Assembly: GCF_026210795.1 (NCBI RefSeq)
Contig: NC_089435.1
Coordinates: 4,774,001-4,838,000, forward strand
Direction: 5' to 3'
DNA length: 64,000 bases
DNA from: Rhizophagus irregularis
Lineage: Eukaryota
The notes under the pieces were generated by a model. It saw nothing but the letters and a program-made list of their open reading frames with translations. It was not told the origin of the DNA and ran no database searches. The position numbers and the translations under genes were made by a program. Positions 12,561 through 25,460 of the stretch are shown here, in pieces. The first letter of the stretch is position 1. Every line of letters begins with the position of its first letter.

Positions 12561-15500
12561 TCAACGACGGTAATAATGACGTTTAAAATGGAAATGTAAC
12601 TGTAAAACTCCACGATCAAAACTTGATTTAAAGCCTTTTTTGTGAGAATATTCCCATTCACGATTAACAATACGAAAAGCAATATCCTAAATGATAGAAG
12701 ACAAGTTTTTAAAATATCTAAGCTGTCAACATTAAAAATAAACTTCATACATACTTCATAAGGAGGTCCTGCCATAAATCTGATCAAGACTGTATCATTG
12801 TTTCCAGGTTCTCTTTCAATTTTATATGTTGGTGCTTTTGATTTATCAATTAAATCGGGATAAAATATATTAAATTTATATCCTTGAACAACTTTTGGAG
12901 GTGGATTATCGCTATCGTAATGAGTTTGGTTATATTTATTCCATTCGTATCCTGTATGAACACGATTGAAATATCGTGGTTTCCTTGGACGATATTTATC
13001 TTGCCATAGATATGTCTAAATAAATTATTTAATAAGTAAATTGAAGGCTGGTTAAAAATTGATTATATAAAATTGAAAATTCACCGTTTTAGCTAATTCT
13101 TCCTCTATATTAAATATAGCTTCATCTTCATCCAAATCTTTAGCAGCCTCTCGCTCGTACAATACTTTTGAAACCTATATATCAAAATAATTTAGAAAAT
13201 CAATAATATATAAAGTAGCAAAATAAACCTCGAATTATACTTACTAATGATTCTTCCTCCTCCTCCACGGTAGGTTTCTTTTGCTGAACTTTCATAGGAA
13301 TAAATTGATTACGAAGAACCTCTTTACGTTTTTCTCTCTTTAATAAAATTAAAATAAGCAAAGTATTAAAAATTTTATAGATTTTCTTCATTTAAAATTA
13401 ACATACCAATGATTTCATATCTTCGCCAAGATCAACAATTTCACATTGTTTATCCTCTCTGGGTAATTTGTCAAAAGGTCTTGGGCTCATTAATTTATCA
13501 TATTCCTCAATCAAAGAATAATCCTCTTCCTCTATTGCATCATTGTCAATAGTCCCTTGCCCTTCTGCTTTAATCTGCACACTATGTGATGCAAGTGCTG
13601 TTTCTAATTCTTCTTGTACTTTTATAGCCTCCTGTCTCTGTTTTCTCCTTAGTTGCTCCAATCTTTTTTGCAACACAATTTCATGCATTGCTTTTAACTT
13701 AGCCTTTGCTTTCCAAACAGTTATAGTTTTTAACTGCTGTTCCCAGTATTCAACTTCCACAGCTTCTTGTCCAGATAACTTTTGTTGAATTTGACTCTGC
13801 AGTTTGTTTAATTGTTCATAAGTTTTACCAGCCAACAATTTATTAATATCATCTTTAACAACGGCGGTAACATTGCCAGTAAGATTTTTTTCTTCTGCTT
13901 GAAGTTCAGAAAGCTTGTTATCACATACTACAATCATTGCCTATATAGCGATAAAAAATTTTTTAGATACAATCCAAATAAAAAGGCCAATAAATCATTG
14001 TAGTAATAATACTTACCCTCCAGAAATCGAGATTATTCGGATTTTTCTCAAGGCTTAAATATTTCTGAATGTCTTGATGTAATTCTTCAACCTCTTGCAA
14101 ATTTAAATTCTATGATCATAAAATTATGTTAAATTGTGAATTTTCCAATTTTACATTCGTGACTATATTTACCTCAAAAATAGTGTAAGGTTCGTCTATA
14201 TCAATTTCTAAAGCTTCATCCACATCTTCATTTTCATCAGCCAATCGCAGGTTGATAGCAAGAATGTCTATTGGTTTTGCTCGACTTTCCTTGATACGAA
14301 TTTCTGCGCGGCGCTTTGCTTGTTGAAGATGAAACTAGTGAATAGAGAAAAGAAAACCACTTAGTAATCAATTAAATGAATATCTTTCGCAGATTGAATC
14401 AAATTTTACTTCATCTTCTTTAGCTGCCCAATCGCCCATAGATGCGATTTCAGCCTCACGTTGCATCCGTGACTATAATTATAATTTTGTTAATAAACAA
14501 TATTAAAGAACATAAATGAACAATCGAGAGCTAAATAATTACAAGTTCTTCATCTCTTAGTTGCTGTTCTATTTCACGTTCTACTCTCCTCTTTTTCAAT
14601 TTTTCAAGTTCGAGCTATTAATAACAAAGATATGTGAAATAATGAAATAAGAAAAAAACCGATATGTAAATTTCTTAATGGATTCGAAAAGGTCTCAACC
14701 TGTGTTTCTTCACGACGTTGTTGTTCTTGACGTAAAATCTCCTCAGGAGTTAATCCCAATTTCTTCTCGCGATCTTTCTTTTTAGTCCATTCGAATTTTT
14801 CTCCTAAATTAGCGTCATTAAATGGATTGTCGCTGTTTGAATAAATCGACAAATCTATATATGAAAATTGATCTGCTTTATGTTCCTATAAAGACAATTA
14901 ATTAATTATAAATTGGATATAGATCATAAAAACCAAAATATGAAATTTAATAATAGCTACCCATAATTACATACTCTTTTGTGTTTCTTCGATTCTTTTT
15001 TCGCTTTTTTTGATTTTTTTTTCGTTTCCTTTCCTCTTCTTCCTCGTTTGATTTGTGATGTCTCCTTCCCTCCCCCTCCTCAGATGATCTACGATGCTTC
15101 CTTTCCTTTTCTTCCTCGGATGAATATCTTCTTTTGGATGATCTATTGCGTCCTCTCTCCTCCTCGTCAGAATATCTATCACGATGTCTTCTGTCCTCCT
15201 CATCAGAATATCTATCACGATGTCTTCTGTCCTCCTCATCAGAATATCTATCACGATGTCTTCTGTCCTCCTCATCAGAATATCTATCACGATGTCTTTT
15301 GTCCTTCTCGTCAGAATATCTATCATGATGTCTTCTGTCCTCCTCGTCAGAATATCTATTACGATGTCTTCTGTCCTCCTCGTCAGAAAATCTATTACGA
15401 TGTCTTCTGTCCTCCTCGTCAGAAAATCTATTACGATGTCTTCTGTCCTCCTCGTCAGAATATTCATTTCGATATTTTCTCTCTTGCTCTTCGTCGGATG

Positions 15501-15756
15501 ATCTATTACGGTGTCTGCTACCCTCTTCTTCAGAATATCTACTACGGTGCCTCTTATCCTCTTCTACAGAGTATCTATTACGTAGTTTTCTGTCCTCCTC
15601 TTCGTCAGAATATCTATAACGACGTTTCCTGTCTTCTTCGTCAGAATATCTGTTGCGACGTTTCCTGCCCTCGTCGTCTGGTGAATATCTACTATGTTTC
15701 CTGCTCTCATTGTCTGGTGAATATCTTCTGGGATACGAGGGATAGTGTGAAGACAT
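12561..15756 (-). CDS. cactin: Cactin (spliceosome-associated factor), multi-exon
   Basis: YSNSDNPFNDANLGEKFEW, FHLQQAKRRAEIRIKESRAKPID, RPRKPRYFNRVHTGYEWNKYNQTHYDSDNPPPKVVQGYKFNIFYPDLI and FMAGPPYE. The C-terminus is FDRGVLQLHFHFKRHYYRR* (TGA 12561-12563). The N-terminus is R/S/D/E-rich from the ATG at 15756 (MSSHYPSYPRRYSP). Confidence 0.93.
15140..15730 (-). repeat. 36-nt coding tandem repeat (RYSDEEDRRHRD) in cactin exon 1
   Basis: The plus-strand unit tcagaatatctatcacgatgtcttctgtcctcctc(a/g) is repeated, near-perfect at ~15165-15460 and degenerate on either side. Confidence 0.9.
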
Positions 15757-15899
15757 TATAATTTTAAAATCAAGGACATTCGATTGATTGTAATGAAGAT
15801 CATAAATCATAAATAAATAAATATCATGTGATAATGTTTGGTGAGGATCATCATTTATCACAGTTTACGAGTTGATTTGGTTGATTTAATTTTACCGAT

Positions 15900-17029
15900 A
15901 TGTCTGGAGTGTATCTTAAAGAACAAAGTTATGGAAAAGATCAAGTTAGATTAGTTAAGGTTATACGTACGGGCAAATGGCATGAAATTGTAGAACTTAC
16001 GGTAATGCATAAATTATTTAGTTGTATTAGGTGCTTAAGCAAGTTTAATATAATAATACTTTTTGTTTAAATAGATTCGTGTTCTTTTAGAAGGCGACTT
16101 TGCCGACTCTTATACAAAAGCTGATAATTCGCTCATTGTCGCAACGGATACGATGAAAAATACTATTTATATTCTTGCTAAACAATCATCTAATGTTAAT
16201 CGTATTGAAATTTTTGCCACAGAAATTGGACAACATTTTATTTCAACTTATTCACATGTATCCAAAGCTAATGTTTGGATAAGTAAACATAAGTGGACAA
16301 GAATGCTTGTTAATGGAAAATTACATGATCATTCTTTTTTAAGAGATGGTGAGGATACTCGAAACACTAAAGTCGTTATTACAAAGAAAGGTGGACCAAA
16401 AGATGTGACTATTGAAATTGAGTCAGGCCTTAAGGATATGTTGGTGTTAAAAACTACCGGTTCAGCATTCTACGGATTCTTGAGAGATAAATGTTAAGTT
16501 AAATATATTTGTATCTTTTTGTATAAAATCCTTTTATCTTATTTTTTTTCTCCTATGTATAGATACAACTCTTCAAGAGACTAATGACCGTATCCTTTCA
16601 ACCAGTGTAGATGCAACTTGGACTTATAACATTTCTAATATATCTTTGATTTCACAAATTCCTTTTGACGATATTTTTGATTCAATTAGACAAATTACTT
16701 TAGATACTTTTGCTACACACAATAGTTCTTCGGTGCAAGCAACTTTATATCTTATGGCTAAAATTGCTTTAGAAAAATTTCAACAACTTAGTTCTATTCA
16801 TTATGAATTACCAAATAAGCATTATTTTACTTATGATCTTGATAGATTTGGATTAAAAAATACTGGAAAAGACACTGATATTTACTATCCTGTAGCTGAC
16901 CCAGCAGGTAAATATTAATATTTTTTTTACTCTCATCTTAAAACTAAATTTTTTCTTTCTTTCTTTTTTTTTTGAAAAAAAATAGGTTTAATAACTGCAA
17001 CTATTGCAAGAACTAAACCAAAATTGTAA
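15900..17029 (+). CDS. uox: Urate oxidase (uricase), 4 exons, peroxisomal
   Basis: YGKDQVRLVKV, YTKADNSLIVATDTMKNT, VLKTTGSAFYGFLRDKYTTLQETNDRILST, SSVQATLY and LPNKHYF. It ends GLITATIARTKPKL* (PTS1-like PKL). Confidence 0.95.
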
Positions 17030-17504
17030 TTAGATACAATAAATAATTTATTATTATTCTCTGCATATTATTGATAAATCTCAATAATAAAATCATAAAT
17101 ATCTTTATTTACTTATAAACATTGAAATATTGAAATAGTGGTTTAAATAATAAAAATATATACCTCTCTCAAGAATACTAACCAATAAAATAAGGTCAAT
17201 TAAAAGAAATATTATAAAGTCTTTTTTTGTATAGCTTACCTTTTATCAAATTTATTTCAATGTATTATAAACTTTAATAAACAACACAATTTCAATAATA
17301 AATATAATATTAGATATATAATAAGTTGATATCAACTTATTTATAAAATAAATATTATTTAAAAAATCAATATCAAGAAAATTAAATTAGTAATCTATAT
17401 GTAATATAATTAATTCTAAATATAATCTAATCTAATTATATATTCTATATTTAAAATCTCTATTCAAAAAATTCCTTTTCCTTACCTTTCCTTTTACCAG
17501 CTCT

Positions 17505-18236
17505 TTAATTTACATTAAAAGCATAAGGAAAGAAATATACATATTGGTCTTGCCATTTATATTTATATATTTCATCCATAAATTCATTAACCTCTTCTTT
17601 TTTCTCTTTAACCCAATTGTCTCTTTCATGTTTATTTTCAAAACTATAATATTTGGCTTTAATTGAATGTAAATCATCCGACCAATAAAGTTTTTCATCT
17701 CTTTTATGATATGGTAAACATTCTAATAATTCTTTTGGTAAATTTGGCATAGTCATTTTAATGTATGAAATACTATAAAGTGTATAAATTTTTTTTTTTA
17801 TAAAAATATATACATTTTTTTAAATTAGTATAAATACATTTAAGCTATAATGAATTATTCAAAAAAAAAATTTTTCTTACCTGACAGTTTTTCTTTCGAT
17901 ACATTCTTTACAACAAAATCTACTAAATTCCCAATATCTACAACCAAACAAATCTTTTTTTTCAATTTTAATTTTACAAATACTACATTTATCAGCTAAC
18001 AAAGTAAACCAAATATATTCTTGTTCACTCATAAATTTTGATGGTGGTAATGAAGGATAAGGTAAAATTGGATCAAATGAAAGAACTCTTGAACATGTCC
18101 AAACTTTTTGTATAGAAACAGCTTTTGTCCATAAAATTTTACGATACAATTTACAAACGAGAGTTAATGTGTAGAGATCTTTAACATATAAATGAATACA
18201 AATTTCCAAAAAAATTTCAGGTGGAATTTTTTCCAT
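17505..18236 (-). CDS. F-box domain protein (Glomeromycotina-type expanded family), probably 2 exons
   Basis: N-terminal F-box MEKIPPEIFLEICIHLYVKDLYTLTLVCK, followed by CxxC...YWEF..CC..C. A GT-AG intron at ~17773-17880 joins it to ORF 17505-17756. Confidence 0.8.
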
Positions 18237-18689
18237 CGTGTGGACGGTATGAAAAGGATTAAAATTGTTCCAAGTCGGTTTTTATACAGTATATATTCAC
18301 AAATAGACTATTCCATTTTTGTAAAACCCGAATTAAATTTTGATCAGTGACCTTTCGGGTCCTTGCTTTGTCCAACATTTCTTACATCACGTTTATGTAA
18401 ATCAGAAATTTTGCTTATATAATATTTAATTGATGATCAGCAACGTGGCATTCGAGCTTGTTTAATTTCTTATTTTTTTATTGAAATTTCTCGAATATTG
18501 ATTGGTTGAAATACATAGTTTCATTGGAACAATATATAAATTATTTTGAATTTTAATTCTATTATTACATATCAGATATTTATATAAACTAATTAGATTC
18601 TTTATTAAAAAATTATTTGACAATTTATTTTAAGATTGTAAGTTATTTGTTTAAACAATCTAATTGTTAAAATAAAAATCATATGCTAT

Positions 18690-20534
18690 TTAAAATGGAA
18701 TTGAGATTTCAGCATTAGGAAATTCCTCTAACACTTTAACATTTGATAAACCCCTAAGTACAGGAGCAGCAGGACAACCACCTATAGGTGCATAATGTAC
18801 AATAAAATCACCACGAACATATCTATCAGGGAAAGTATTTAATGAATGATCATCATATTCCAAATTCAAAACCTATGATAAAGTAAATTAGAATAAAAAC
18901 TTCAAATTCAAATGACAAGAATTCTTAGTACTTACATTTTTTCTCCAGTATGGATGTCTAATAGCATCACGCATGGCTTCCTGTTCTAAACTACCAGTGT
19001 AAGAGAAATCATATCTAGGTTGTATTCCACGTCTAAGAAGATCTCTAGTCCAAGCGGAATTTTTAATTAAGAAAACACCAGCATTAATCATTTTATCATT
19101 AATAGGTCTGGCTACAATAATATTAATTTTTTCAAACTCTTCCTTTCCGCCAACTTTTTCTTCGCACATTTCCAAAAAGCGTTCAACAGTAAGAGATCTA
19201 TTAACGAAAATAGCGTCCATATCAAGCCATATTAACCATTCATAATAGGGCAAAAGTTTTTCTATGGCATCAATTTTACCCCAAACTGGTTTTCTATCAT
19301 GATAAAGTTGTTGTGCAAATTCAGCTGAACGAGACACGAATGCGTAACCATGCATTTCGGCATATTCCCGTTTATTCTTTGCAGAAAGAAATCCAGCTTC
19401 TAACATACAATTATCTTTATATAAGAAACTACTTGTTACTACAGCTACATTTGGTCTAAATTTGGATGCTGTCTCCTTTGAGTACATTTTAAGATCAGAG
19501 CGAGCATTACAAGGAAGTGTTGTTGGAATATTAAGTTCATTTTTAATTTGTTTAATTTCCACATCTTGATAAATATGACCAATTGCAACAACACAATCAG
19601 CACACTCAATACTAGTTATTGTATTTGGCCATTCTATTATACTTATTGGATCATTAATAAAAATCAAATCGCTCGGAATTTTTTTGTTTGGATATTTCTT
19701 ATGATAAAGGTATAGACTTGATAAAATACTTGTGTGGTTTAATTTAAATTTCAAATTATCGAGAATTGGTTGTATTGCTGATGCCCCTATTATTACTGCC
19801 ATGTTTTCCGTTCTGTTAGAATTGAATGACCCCCAAACCAATTTTTGTGTATCCGTTACTAGTGTCGAAGTTGAAATTTTATTTTTGATTTTTTCGAGAT
19901 TTATCATAGTAAATGTGTCTATTATTACTAAATGATCAAATGTTGTACATTCTTCTTGTAACGATTTAGCCTGAATATATTTAAAGGATTAGATTTAGTA
20001 AGTGACATCACGTGAATTTTATCATGTGACACTAATGAAACATATATCGAAACTTACGTTTTCCAGTAAATAATGGTGTAGGTCATCACTATGTTGAATA
20101 TCAATTTCAATAATATCATTAAACTCCATTTTTTCGGCCGTATACGAATGTAGAATACTCATATCAATTTTCTTTGATTTATTTGCCAAGAATCTATAAA
20201 AAATTTCAGTTGTGTCTTGTTTCATGCAAGGAATTAAATTATCTGTGATACCAAATAATTCTTCCCTCATTAGCATACGTTTGTCAACTTGTTCCATTTG
20301 TGAAAAAATAAACAATGCTATTTTATAATGCGGACATGTCATATTCTGTACTGAATTATCAACAAATGGAATTTCTGAAGAATATCCATTATCGTTAACA
20401 TCGTTATGGTAATAATTATTATAATAAGATATTATGAATAAAAATAATATAAATGCCGTAATTAATAAATGATATAATTTTATTTTACGAAATGTGTAAT
20501 ATGTCGAATAATTTGATCGTTCCTCAGTTCTCAT
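18690..20534 (-). CDS. Type II membrane glycosyltransferase: N-terminal TM, degenerate GT31/fringe-like region, C-terminal GT34 (Mnn10/GMA12-like) domain; 3 exons
   Basis: TM segment LYHLLITAFILFLFIISYY. GT34 motifs NKREYAEMHGY, VWGKIDAI, WLIWLDMDAIFVN, INAGVFLIKNSAW, EQEAM and GDFIVHYAP. Introns at ~19971-20058 and ~18872-18935; stop TAA 18690-18692. Confidence 0.85.
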
Positions 20535-22687
20535 CTTTCGAATAGATTTTAATTTTAATAAAGTTTAACAAGGGAGAAAAAAGAATCACATTTAACCAAT
20601 TTGAATCATCTAACAAGTATTTATATTAAATGTACTGTACGGTTGGAAAATACATTCACGATCCACAAATATTAATGAATTTTTTTGCTATTGAAATTGA
20701 CTAATAATATCTGGTCATACCATAATTCTGCTATTACTACATATGTGAATATAATTTATCATACATATGATTGTTTTTTAGTAGACAAAAGAACTAATTC
20801 GTACTACGAGGTAGGATGAGTATATGTGCATTTGTTTATTATTTTCTTTACCTTTCTTTAAAAAAATAAATACTGACTACAAGTATTAATAGAAGAGATT
20901 TTCTTGTTTATGCTTCAATTAATTAATTTTTGCATTTCATTAGAATTTAAAATTTCCATTTGAAGGCTGTAGTACATTAAAAGAATGACGATTGGAAAAT
21001 TATTATAGTGATGAACGATCATTACATTATTATTGGTCACTTTTTTTAAAAAAACTATAATTGGCTACAGCTACTTACAATTTAAAATGTGTCATTTGCG
21101 TCAACCTTGAAACACAAATGTGGTAAAGCGTATTAGTACATTATCTCATCGAATAGATGACATACCCTTCCCGCGGCCAGAACAAAGATTTAGAAAGACT
21201 GTTGCACTTATATATATAAGTTTATATAAAATTAAGGCAATACTATAAGTAAAAGGGTGCATTTAGGAGGGTGTACACTAATTAAAGGTACAAAACTCAT
21301 TTATTATTCTAACTGTGCTTTTAACAAATTTTTATTTATTACAAATCTATAATTTTGGTTTTATCAAAAATTCAAAATCAATAACCTAATCTCCTCCAAT
21401 TCAATTGAATTCCCCATTGTAAATCCTTTACCATATTTGCAATACTGCTTAAACTTGAATTCGGCATATGAAACCGATTATGCAGGATGAAATTTCTTGT
21501 CACAATGAGACACATGATTTTGTCTGCAACGTAACTTTAGATTTCCGCAATTGATAGTAAGCAAATTTTGAGTTTAGTGGAACTTCATTTGACATTTTAA
21601 ATTTTCTAGAATGGATGATCTTGAAAAGGTATTTGCAAATAATTAACAACTCATTCTCCCTCATTTCGAAGCAAATTTATATATACTGAATACAGTTACA
21701 ATACAGATCTTGAAATAATATTTTTGAGATTCAAATCTATTTTTCTCGATTGATAAAATATAATAAGATTAGATATATTAACTGAATTATAAAAATAAAA
21801 AAAGACTAAAAGAAAATTAAATTTACTAGTTATTAAAATTAAAAAAAAACTATATGCAGTAAAAAATTGAAAAAAAGTAGATAAACTAAAAAAAAAAATT
21901 ATTTATATTATTTTTGTAATCTATAGAACATGCAAGAATTTATTAGATTAAAAATAGTAAAAAATAAATTTCCTAAATCAATTCTCACTCCATTTGTTTC
22001 CAAAAGTTAAAATATTTACATAATTTATATAGTAAAAAATAGTATTAAATTTTAAAATAAATTATTTTAACATCCAATAATCTGATTTTGATAATTTTTA
22101 TACTATTCATCTTATTAAAAGGAATCGAATAATGAATTCAGAGAATTTCTTAATTTGCACTGAGTATTCATACATGTATTACGTGACTTTATTAAAGAGT
22201 TATGTAAAAAAAAATTTTTAATAAATATAATTTTAAAAGGAACATGCAATATGTGTATTTTTGTCTGTTTTACAAATTTACTTAAAGCATCGAAGTTGAT
22301 TTTGTTAATTCTACCAAACATTAAATGATCAGCGTAGAAACTTTACTTTTTTGAAAACCCGGTGTTTGAACACCCGAAAAAAATAAAATTTATAATAATA
22401 AAAAATTTGTATATTTTAAATTGTATAATCTTATTTTTATTAATCAATTTATTATATAATATTAAACAAATTGTTTTATAAGTATTTTAAAAAAGTAAAA
22501 TTTATATATTAATTATATTAATCAGAATTACAGCTAAATAATTTTTTTTTAAAAAAAAAATAATTATTGTTTTATAAATTAATATATATAAATATATTTT
22601 AAAATAATAGATTTCATTAGCTTTTATATTTTTTTTATTTTTACAAATCACTTTTAAATATAATAAGTAAATAATTTATTACTATAC

Positions 22688-23049
22688 TACTTTACTAAAA
22701 ATTGCCAATTTTTTGAAATATTTTTATAGGCCTAGATACAATAGTTTTCAAAACATTATTTTGTAAAATTTTTAAAATATATCAAAATATATTTAAGGTA
22801 TTTTTGAAATTAAAATATTAAAAAATATTAAAGTTAGTAATTATATTATAATATAAAATAATAATAAAAGTATTGAAAAATTATTGTGATATTATTTTGA
22901 AATATTTTTATAGACCTAGATATAATACAATCACAAAATAATAACTAAGTATAATAAAAACATTTTAATATATTAAATGTATTTTAGTAATATTTTAAAA
23001 TTACTGATTACAAAATTATTTCAAAAAATTGGCAATTTTTAGTAAAGTA
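22688..23049. mobile_element. MITE-like element with perfect 33-bp terminal inverted repeats
   Basis: tactttactaaaaattgccaattttttgaaata (22688-22720) and its exact reverse complement at 23017-23049; AT-rich non-coding interior. Confidence 0.8.
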
Positions 23050-23324
23050 ATTCATTTATATTAGATAAAATTATTTTTATTATATCAGAATTTCAGAAAT
23101 TTTTGAAATAAATTATAAATTATATTTTTAGCAAATTGGTTTATTTTTTAAAAAATTAAAAATTAAAATTATATAATTTTTTTAGTATTTACTAATTATA
23201 ATTGACTTTAAATTAAAATTTTAATATACTTTACAGAAACTCAAAATTTACAAATAATGTTATTTTAATATATTTTTAATATAATTTTAATAGAACCCTG
23301 GACATCTTTTATAGAATTCACAAC

Positions 23325-23553
23325 AGGACCCCGCTTACTTATAATAAAGGTCACCGTAGAAAATTGGCCCTTTACTAATAGTTTTTACCTTACTTTTTTC
23401 TTAAATTCTATTGGTTAATTAGCTAAAAAGGAAAAAAATCATAACAATAGTATAACATAAAATTTCCTTTTATAGTAGAATCTGCAAAGAATTTTATATA
23501 TGATTTTTACTTTAGGCCTGGGGGTGACCTATCTTATAAGTAAGCGGGGTCCT
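23325..23553. mobile_element. MITE with ~30-bp TIRs and 8-bp target-site duplication
   Basis: Ends aggaccccgcttacttataa...ttataagtaagcggggtcct, flanked on both sides by ttcacaac (23317-23324 and 23554-23561). Confidence 0.9.
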
Positions 23554-23607
23554 TTCACAACTGACTTTTTGTCAAAAAAGACCCAATTTGCTCTTTTTTT
23601 ATTTTCT

Positions 23608-23740
23608 GTTTTTTGCAATTATCTCAGTATCCAGTGATCCAATTCATGCGATTTTTTTTTTTGTAGAGCTCAATAAGAGCCTAAAACAAAAAAAGTTCGT
23701 ACAAATTGGACTACTGGATATCAAAATAATTGCAAAAAAC
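23608..23740. repeat. ~130-bp imperfect palindrome / foldback
   Basis: gttttttgcaattat...tatccagt.tccaatt pairs with aattgga.actggata...ataattgcaaaaaac around a central gctc-aataa-gagc. Confidence 0.7.
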
Positions 23741-24250
23741 TGATTTTTTTTGTGAAATTTAGGTCAATTTATGAAGAAGTTATCACTAAGTTGTATATGT
23801 AATGTCTGGAGTTCTATTTTAATGTTATTGATATAATATTACAATGATATTAAAATGACATTAAAATAATATTTAAATATTAAATAATATCAAAATGACT
23901 AAAATGATATCATTAAATTTAATTTAAATATGTTATTTCAATATTATTTCAATATTATTTTGATATGCCATTTCAATATATTTTAATATTGCAATAATAT
24001 AATTTTAATATTGTTTCAATTTTAATATTAATAAATAATATTGAAATAATATCAAAATAAAAATAACATTAAAATGATATTGTAACAACATAATTAAATT
24101 AAACTTAACTATATATGTTAATTTTATATTGATTGAAAACTTCAAGTTTCTATAAAGTAATATTATTGTATTTTATTAATATATTTCTTATATTTAATAC
24201 AATTTTCTACTCTATTAATACATTCTTTTTTTTTATTAATTTATTATATA

Positions 24251-24501
24251 CAGGTCGAAAAGTGAAAAATCAGGCATCAATCAGTTACCAATCGGTCACC
24301 AATCAGGTAGCTGATTGGTGACTGATTGGTGACTGATTGGCATTTTCGCCAAATACCATCATCAATCAGGCAGTTTGCTAACTTTTGATCCAGTGATCAG
24401 AAAAAAATGAAATATAGCTCATTGGAATCATCACCAATCAGCTACCTGATTGGTGACCGATTGGTGACTGATTGATGCCTGATTTTTCACTTTTCGACCT
24501 G
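24251..24501. mobile_element. MITE with ~70-bp TIRs and internal CCAATCAG/CTGATTGG repeats
   Basis: caggtcgaaaagtgaaaaatcaggcatcaatcag...ctgattggtga is mirrored almost exactly at 24432-24501 (...gatttttcacttttcgacctg). Confidence 0.88.
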
Positions 24502-25460
24502 TGATAGATATGACCTTGTCTTAATATAACTATGCTTACTTATATATATTAAACTTATAAAAATAAGAAAAACAAAATACATATAAAAACTAAGCATTAT
24601 AAAAAAAGACTATTTCTTTAAAGAAAAAGTTAATCTGTTACCTAAATGATTATATCACTATTATAAATAATAATACAACCAAAAAATTTTTAAGTAACTG
24701 TCAAGATCTATTTAAAATTTTACCCAATAACCTTTCCAATAAAATGCTAAATTATTCCATTTATTCTATTAATACATTCTTTTTATTCATACATTCTAAT
24801 TAATTATTTTCAACCAATTATTTCAAATTAAATAAATTGAATATTATTTTTAATTAAAATAATAAAATAAGTTAATTTAAAAATAATAATATATGTAAAA
24901 TAAACAAATAGTAAATAAATACAACAATTTCAACAATGATTTTATTAATAATTACAAAGTTTTCAGAATTATTTGACTTTAAATATAAAACATTAATAAT
25001 AAACAACCAATTTTTTTGTATTATAAATATATATATAATAATAAATATCTTCTTTTTTGTAACCTATATGATTTAATAACTTAAAACTTTTATTATTTAT
25101 TAATTTACCTATTATTTATAAAAGTTTTGTAATTTTCTTATAATTAAAATTTCTTCTTTAAATACAATAGTATATATTATTTTTATTAGATAAAATTACT
25201 TTATCACAAATATTATTACAATTGTTTACAAAAAAATAAAAAGAAAAGTTAAAATAATTATTATTTTCATTTATCTTAAATTTTTTATTTTAAATCTACT
25301 TTTTTACCTTAATTTTAAACTAATTTTATTATAAAGTAATATAAACTAATTCTCTTTATTCTAATTTTAAGTTATTTTAAACTAATATTTATTACTTTAA
25401 AAAAAATACATTTTTAAACTAATTCTTCTTATCCTAACTTTAAACTACTCCAAACTAATA

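Noticed and set aside
12557..12787. ORF-track C-terminus ...VIITVVE as the cactin end
   Set aside because: It reads through an intron. The conserved end FHFKRHYYRR* is in another frame and stops at 12561.
14967..15761. Several overlapping ORFs with 12-aa periodicity (QNIYHDVFCPP, TEDIVIDIL, etc.)
   Set aside because: Alternative frames of the 36-nt cactin repeat.
23291..23816. tagaaccctggacat / atgtctggagttcta as the TIRs of one enclosing element
   Set aside because: Short, mismatched and without a TSD; they could equally be outward-facing ends of two separate decayed elements.
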